A DNA stretch of 64,000 nt, from assembly GCA_051313645.2 (NCBI GenBank), contig JBNRSN020000012.1, forward strand, positions 2,604,001-2,668,000, in the 5' to 3' direction. Numbering within the stretch: position 1 is the stretch's first letter; each line of letters begins with the position of its first letter. Shown here piece by piece: positions 57,505-64,000 of the stretch. The position numbers were made by a program, and so were the translations under genes. The notes below the pieces were generated by a model. The model did not search any database. It had not been told where the DNA came from and was given only the letters and a program-made list of their open reading frames with translations. This DNA comes from Centroscyllium fabricii. Its lineage: Eukaryota.

Positions 57505-57980
57505 ATGTGGAGATTCTGGTGACGCTCGCGGTCATCAGAGATGGACTGGCCTATCGGGGCCACACCGGGGAGTAAGAGGTGGAGGAAACAACCACCTACT
57601 CCCACGAGGGCAGATGACCAGGACGGCTGGGAACGGACTCAATGGAGCATTCCAGCACGTCGGAGTTTGCCCGCAGAGGGACTTGTTTGTTGTGCCCCGG
57701 ATTAAGATCGTCGCACCCAGAACCAGCGCTATCATCGGCAGAAGGACTTGTTCGGTGTGGGATGGAAAGATCTCAGCGAGCCGATGGTGGTGGCTACGGA
57801 AGACCGCCAGAACGCTTGAAAGACTTTTGGGACAAATGGTGGGATTTGATGAGGGGATATGTGTGTGGGTTGCGGATTTTTCGGTTGTTTGTGTGATTTT
57901 CCTTTATGACAATAAAAGATGTGTACAGGTGGAGACGAAGGCATCGGCCTGGCAGACGTGGAAGGAACCAGGAGGTGTAA
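57505..57980 (+). pseudogene. Possible degenerate small membrane-protein/env remnant
   Basis: Acceptor-like TTTGTTTAGTTGCAG, then an ATG and hydrophobic ILVTLAVI. Later FWDKWWDL, a hydrophobic stretch and RWRRRHR. Broken by stops and frameshifts. Confidence 0.3.
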
Positions 57981-58166
57981 GAAACTGTTATGTACATATC
58001 TGTTGCCCAGGGTGGAGGCAATGCGAGGTTGACCAAAGGGAATGGGAACCGCATGTGTCATGGGGCAGGAGTTAGTTTAAGTTTCAGGGAAGTTGAGGTG
58101 TGGAGAATCGGGTAATCTTGCTCAACCTTTTATTTAATTGATTCGCTAAGCGGGGTTATGCTAATC

Positions 58167-58178
58167 AACAGGAGGGAC
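58167..58178 (+). other. Polypurine tract
   Basis: AACAGGAGGGAC immediately 5' of the 3' LTR. Confidence 0.75.
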
Positions 58179-59943
58179 TGTAAGGTCGCAATATTACAGA
58201 TTCAGAAAGATCCATAAAAGACAAGAGACAGATGGTTGGATTGAACATTTTTATTGAGCAGATAGCAGCAGAGGAAAACAAGCTGCGGCTTGATGAAAGG
58301 GAAGGGGCCCCAAAAGATGGCCACCGGACCACATGACAAGACGGCCAGAGCCAAAAACGAAACTACAGAAATAGTTTTACAGTCCTGCAGAAAGCCCGCG
58401 AAAACCCAGACATGGAGGCGCCGAAAACCAATATTTGATTATAAAGAACTGACCAGCTCCCCTCAGAACCGTTTAGCCCAACAATGAAAAATGCACCCAG
58501 ATAATAAGCGCCTAATATGCTGCAAATATAGACTAACTGGCCCTAAATAGCCAGGCATAGAAACTGCACAGCAAAGTTAGCAAGAAGCAATTTGCACCCG
58601 ATCTAAACAATGCAGCGCTCACAGAAGCAGTTAGGATGGCTCTCAAACCATCCCCAGCAGGTTAGCTGGACAAAGAATGCTTAAACCGTTTTTAATAAGA
58701 CAATACATTTCAATGATTGGCAAGGCATTAAGCACTCAACATTTTGGGTATAACTTCAGACATTTTGGACAGTTCGCTCTCTTATGACTCTGATCTCTCT
58801 TACGACTCGTGGGAAGCTCTTAGCTCAGCTCTCTTAGCTCTTCGCTCTTGGGAAAAGACGTTAGGTACAGTTCTCTTTTCGGTTGACTCTCTGGAAGAGG
58901 GGGTCTCATGGAATCTTGATCTCGAAAACTTGAAGGAAGGCTCTTGGAAGGAGCTCTTGGACTGTTTCAGCAGTGACTTTGCTGGGGTTTCTCTTCGGAG
59001 GCTCCCGTTCAGATCTCTGGGTGCAGGGCAAGCAGGGTGCAGGTTCTGGCAGGGCAGTGGTATCGCATCAGGGCTGGGATCATCGCTGGGGTAGTTGGTC
59101 GTTGGGCTCCGTAAAGCGAAGTGCTGGCAGCAGTGGGACTCTTTGCCCCGTATAAAGAAGCGAAACAAGGCACTGGAGACAAGGCGTCCGAAGCAGGGGC
59201 CAAAGCGAGTGAGTTAGAAAAGACTTGTTACAGTTTGGCTCGAGAGGGCAGGATCGGCATACCACAGGGTCCGGTTCAGCCAGGGAGAAGGTGTGGTGTG
59301 GTGTGAGGTAGAAGAACCCTTGAGAGACCTGCCCGGGACCAGCCCGAGCAGACCCAGCCGCCGCCAAGAGGGAGAAGCAAACAAGTGGACTCCCGAATCT
59401 TCCACAGCCACGTGACGACCGACGCTGCAGCCGAAGGGCGAAGAACTTCGTAGCTGACCCCGAGTTTGACCGAGTGGTGAGCATGTGCCCCGATCCTACA
59501 CACCTGGACATAGCTAGGCAATAGAGGGGAGGGTGGTTTATTTGGTTAATCTTTAGAGTGTTTGCCCTCTTTTTCGATGTGCCGTGCGTTCCCCATCCTA
59601 TAAGTTAATTGCGTATGTCGGATAGCTATATTTTGGGCTACGAATGTTTACATTTTATACTGTTGTTGATATGTGACATACAAGTCGATTGATGTGTATG
59701 AACTTGTGATCTGCTATAATAAAGATCCACTTTTAAACTCTTATTCAAAGCCAATCTGAGTCAAGTCTTTATACATCTCGTCTCTCTTCCTGCATCTAAG
59801 TCCAGCGTCGAGAACCGTAAGGGTGAGCGATTCGAACCGCTCACGGGGGAGGAGGTTTATTGCGCGAGGCCTGGCAGACGGCTAGAGCAAGGCAATAAAG
59901 GACCCCAAGTCGTGAATAAAACACACGGCGCACACCCCTTACA
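58179..59943 (+). repeat. 3' LTR (1765 bp)
   Basis: About 8 substitutions versus the 5' LTR by eye; no indels seen. Confidence 0.97.
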
Positions 59944-60052
59944 CACCGCACTGACAGAACGGTAGTACTGAGGGAGCGCTGCACTGTCGGAGAGGCAGTA
60001 CTGAGGGAGCACTGCACTGTCGGAGGGGCAGTACTGAGGAACCACTGCACTG

Positions 60053-60428
60053 AGGACGACACGGTGGCGTAGTGGTTAGCACTGCTGCCTCGCAATTAGG
60101 AGCTCCTGGGTTCGAATCCTGCTTGGCCCAGGACCTCTCTGCGTGGAGTTTGTATGTTCTCCCCGTGTTTGTGTGGGTTTCCTCCGGGTACTCCGGTTTC
60201 CTCCCACCACCCAAAGACATGGAGGTTAGGTGAATTGGAGACACTAAAAATTGCCCATGAGTATGTGTGTGAGATATAGTTCTTAGAGTTGGGGGTGTCA
60301 GGGGATATGGGGAGAGGGTAGGAGGGTGGGTGCTGGGTTTGGATGATCAGCCATGATCTCATTGAATGGTGGGGCAGGCTCGAAGGGCCGAATGGCCGAC
60401 TCCTGCTCCTACCTTCTGTGTTTGTGTG
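60053..60428 (+). mobile_element. HE1-like V-SINE (tRNA head, V domain, CR1/HER1 tail)
   Basis: A box TGGCGTAGTGG (60065), B box GGTTCGAATCC (60109), V domain GTGGAGTTTG..TGTTCTCCCCGTG...CTCCGGTTTCCTCCCAC. The tail matches the local CR1 3' ends. TSD TGCACTG at 60046-60052 and 60429-60435. Confidence 0.88.
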
Positions 60429-61160
60429 TGCACTGTCGGAGGGGCAGTACTGAGGGAGCACTGCATTGTCGGAGGGGCTGTACTAAGGGAGTGCTTAATG
60501 TCTGAGGGGCAGTACAGAGGGAGCTCTGCACTGTTGATGGGGCAGTACTGAGGGAGCGGCGCACTGTCGGAGGCGCAGTAGAGGGTGCGCTGCACTGTCG
60601 GAGGTGCCGTCTTTCGGATGAGACCTGATACCGAGTCCCTGTCTGCCCTCTCAGGTGGACGTAAAAAATCCCTTGGCACTATTTGGAAGAAGAGCAGGGG
60701 AGGTCTCTCTGGGTCCTGACAAGTATTTATCCCTTAATAATATCGCTGGTCATTTAGTTCATTGCTGTTTGTGGGGGCTTGCTGTGCACAAACTGGCTGC
60801 TGTGTCTCCTATGTTACCTCAGTGGCAATTGTTCAAAGGTACTTCATTGGCTGTAAAACGCTTTGGGATGTCCTGTTTTCATAAAAGGTGCTGTAGAAAT
60901 GCGAGATCTTCCACCGGCCACAGCTGTTCACTGCCCTGTGTAACAACCCCTGCTGCGTGGATCGACCTTCCTTTAAAGATTCTCTGGTGTTCTGGGAGCC
61001 GGAGGACGGTTGATTCTGTGGATTTATCAGCGAAGGAGAGGCTGCTCTCCAGGTTGGGGCTGAGCTCTCAGTGTCAGTTGGGTGTCAAAGTAGCAAAGAC
61101 ATCTCGACAGGTTGGAGGTGGAGTTTGAAGGAGTCCATGTACCCAGATGGTCAGTCAGCA

Positions 61161-61662
61161 CTGGTCACTCACTGTGATTGTCACTCAGTGTGATGGTCAC
61201 TCACTGTGATGGTCACTCACTCTGCTGGTCACTCACTGTGATGGTCACTCACTGTGATGGTCGCTCACTGCGATGGTCACTCACTCTGCTGGTCCCTCAC
61301 TGTGATGGTCACTCACTGTGCTGGTCACTCTGTGTTGGTCACACACTCTGCTGGTCACTCACTCTGCTGGTCACTCACTGTGATGGTCACTCGCTCTGCT
61401 GGTCACTCACTGTGATGGTCACTCACTGTGATGGTCACTCACTGTGCTGGGCACTCACTGTGTTGGTCACTCACTGTGTTGGTCACTCATTGTGATGGTC
61501 GCTCACTGTGAGGGTCTCTCATTGCGATGGTCACTCACTGTGATGGTCACTCACTGTGAGAGTCACTCACTGTGATGGTCACTCACTCTGCTGGTCACTC
61601 ACTGTGATGGTCATTCACTGTGAGGGTCACTCACTGTGAGGGTCACTCACTGTGATGGTCAC
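61161..61662. repeat. 16-bp minisatellite TGGTCACTCACTGTGA / TGGTCACTCACTCTGC (~31 units)
   Basis: Direct tandem periodicity. Confidence 0.95.
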
Positions 61663-61669
61663 CCTCTGT

Positions 61670-64000
61670 AATTAAATTAAATTCAAATCTATTCCAATTG
61701 CTTTATTGGCATGACAAGATACATCTTATGTTGCCAAAGCACAGAAAAAGGACATATACAATTGAACACACAAATGCAGAACTAGACATACAGTGAATGG
61801 ATAACTATGCAAACACATACATATATACCCACATATAAACCTTATATACTCTTCTTAGCTTCAGTGGTCACTGGTTGTCCCTCTGCTTATGGTAAGCTGT
61901 GACGTAGTTTGCCGCTAATTTTATACAGTCCCTCTGTTCCCCCAATAGATATGGGAGTTTTGGTGGTCATTCAAATTTTTGAATTGAGGGCATGTTTTTA
62001 AGAATCTTGGGTAGAAATTCCCACTTATGCCCTGATAGTTTTCACAAGTTTTGAGGAAATGCAGCTCTGTGTCCATCACTCCCTGACTGCAGTGAGAGCA
62101 CAGCCTTTCCTCTCTGGGCAGCCAAGTCTGTCTGTGTCTGCCTTTTTCGATGGCTAGGCTGTGCTCACTAAGTCTGTACATTGTCAGGATTTTTCTCAGT
62201 TTGCTATCTTTCACCATGGTCAGGTAATCAGCCATGGTACACTGTCTGTTTAGGGCCAAATAACAATCTAGTTTGTTTTGGGTTTTTGTCGTTTCTGTCC
62301 AGTATGTCAAATATTTTACTCTTTGTTTAGTAATAATTGTGTTGGGTCGAATTCTGTGTGCTAGGATGTCACTGTCCTGGGGCTGGTTGTTACCAATAGT
62401 GTTAGTAGTTACTTCACTGAGTCCCAGGACCAGTTGGCTGAGGGGACTTTTCTTTATGTTCACTTCTTGGCATTTCAGGGCTTTGTAGTGATAGCTGTGG
62501 GGGTTGCTCAGTTTTAGATGTTTCAAAATTTGATGGCTCTTTTTGGATATTAATTAATAGTGGATATTGGCCAAACTCTGCCCTGCATGCATTGTTTGTG
62601 GTTTTCCTCTGAGTCCGGAGGATACTTTTACAGAATTCAGCATGTAGGGTCTCAATTGGGTGTTTGTCCCATTTTGCAAATTTGTGGTGTGTTAGCGGAC
62701 CCCACACCTCACTGCCATAAAGTGCGATTGGTTCAATTACTGATTTAAAAATTTTGATCCAAATGCCAATTGGAATTTCTATTTGGATTGACTTTTTAAT
62801 GGCATAGAAAGCCCTTTTTGCTTTCTCTTTCAGTTCATTCACAGCCAAGTGAAAATTTCCCGTAGAACTGATTTTTAAGTCTAAGTATGTGTAGTTTGTA
62901 GTTTGTTCAATTTTAGTTGCTCCTAGTGTGAAGTTTGTTTTGGTTCCCTGATGTCTGGATCTTTGCTGGAACACAAGAACTTTAGATTTTTTGAGGTTTA
63001 TTGTCAAGGCCCAATTCTGGCAGAACGACTCTAGCCGATCAAAGTTCTGCTGTAGACCCTCTTCTGTTGGTGACAGCAGAACCAGGTCATCTGCATATAG
63101 GAGGAATTTAACCTCAGAGTCATATAGGGCGAGGCCAGGTGCTTAGATTGTTCCAGTAGTTTTGCCAGTTCATTTATATAAATATTAAAAAGAGTCGGTA
63201 AGATAGACGAGCCCTGTGCCACGCCACGACCCTGTGAGAAATATTTTGTTTGTTTGTCTCCGATTTTAACTGCACATTTGTTACCTGTGTACATTGATTT
63301 AATTACATCATATGTTTTTCTCCCTACCCCACTTTCAATAAGTTTTAAGAATAGACTGTCGTGCCAAGTAGAATCGAATACCTTTTGGAAATCTATAAAA
63401 CAGGCAAAAATGTTTGCTTTTGTTTTGGTGGACATGTTTGTCAATTAGGGTGTGTAGGGTGAAAATATGGTCCGATGTTCTATAATTTGGTAAGAATCCA
63501 ATTTGGCTGTTACTCAGGACATTGTGCTCCGTAAGAAAGTTTGTAAGTCTTTTGTTTATGATACTACTAAATACCTTCCCCAGATTACTGTTCACACAGA
63601 TGCCTCGGTAATTGTTTGGGTCGCGTATGTCTCCACATTTATATATGGGCGTTATGAGTCCTTTGTTCCAGACTTCAGGGAAGTAACCAACACTCAGAAC
63701 CAAGTTGAAGAGTTTTAGGATAGCCAATTTCAATTTATCATCAGTGTGTTTTAGCATCGCATTTAGTATGCCATCTGCACCACCTGCTTTTCTTGGTCAC
63801 AGGTTCTTAAGTTTTTCAGATAGCTCTCTTTCAGTTATTAAGGAGTCTAAGGGGTTTTGGTAATCCTTTATGGTCAATTCGAGCTTTTCCAATTTTTTAC
63901 ATATTTACTCTTGCTCTGGGCTTAGTGTGTGTTTCTGGTACAATTTTTCAAAATGGTTTTCCCATATCTCTCCATTTTGAATGGGCAATTCATCTTGTTG
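61670..64000 (-). mobile_element. Decayed non-LTR retrotransposon, RTE-X-like; 3' end present, runs off the right edge
   Basis: Frameshifted ORF2 with DPNNYRGI, QIGF, FIDF, GVAQG, YADD (63086-63097), YGSEVWG and C-terminal RLSEHSLAIEKGRH...CSHC...HFL..C. AATAAA at 61702-61707 (-) and an (AATTT)-like tail. The clade call is less certain than the LINE call. Confidence 0.85.

Larger units (their letters stand above)
49024..59943 (+). mobile_element. Full-length retrovirus-like LTR element (10,920 bp), dual RNase H, no intact env
   Basis: Paired LTRs TGTAAGG...CCTTACA, 4-bp TSD CACC (49020-49023 and 59944-59947), PBS, polypurine tract, gag, and PR-RT-tether-RH-IN domain order. Confidence 0.97.
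48395..60910 (+). mobile_element. SacSINE1-like DeuSINE split by an internal tandem expansion and two insertions (head 48395-48507; body and tail ~60585-60910)
   Basis: tRNA-like head with A and B boxes. The Deu domain GGAGGTGCCGTCTTTCGGATGAGAC...CAGGTGGACGTAAAAAATCCC.TGGCACTATT..GAAGAAGAGCAGGGG resumes near 60600. L2-like tail AAAACGCTTTGGGATG...AAAGGTGCTGTAGAAATGC. Confidence 0.82.

Noticed and set aside
60979-61155. Possible host exon (TTTAAAG|...|GTCAGT)
   Set aside because: All three + frames contain stops and no recognisable protein; a non-coding exon cannot be excluded.
61178-61495. Cys/His-rich ORF (VTHCDGHSL repeats)
   Set aside because: Translation of the 16-bp minisatellite.

Overview
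Eukaryotic, gene-free repeat window. The SacSINE1/DeuSINE-, HE1/V-SINE- and HER1/CR1-like repeats I recognise point to a cartilaginous fish (inference). Bases 1-45326 are a G-rich 29-bp satellite with multi-kb higher-order blocks, interrupted once by a ~222-bp 5S-rRNA-derived SINE with a target-site duplication (TSD). Bases 45.9-48.4 kb hold SINE and CR1 fragments. A DeuSINE (48395-60910) has an internal 33-bp tandem expansion that received two insertions: a V-SINE and a young, nearly intact 10.9-kb retrovirus-like LTR element. That element has 1765-bp LTRs, a CACC TSD, a tRNA-Arg primer binding site (PBS), gag with a UGA-CUA readthrough junction, and pol with tether plus second RNase H. It has no intact env, and the pol tail carries an in-frame array of RNA hairpins with a compensatory change. 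The window ends with a 16-bp minisatellite and a decayed RTE-X-like LINE. Family names come from motif recognition, not database searches.
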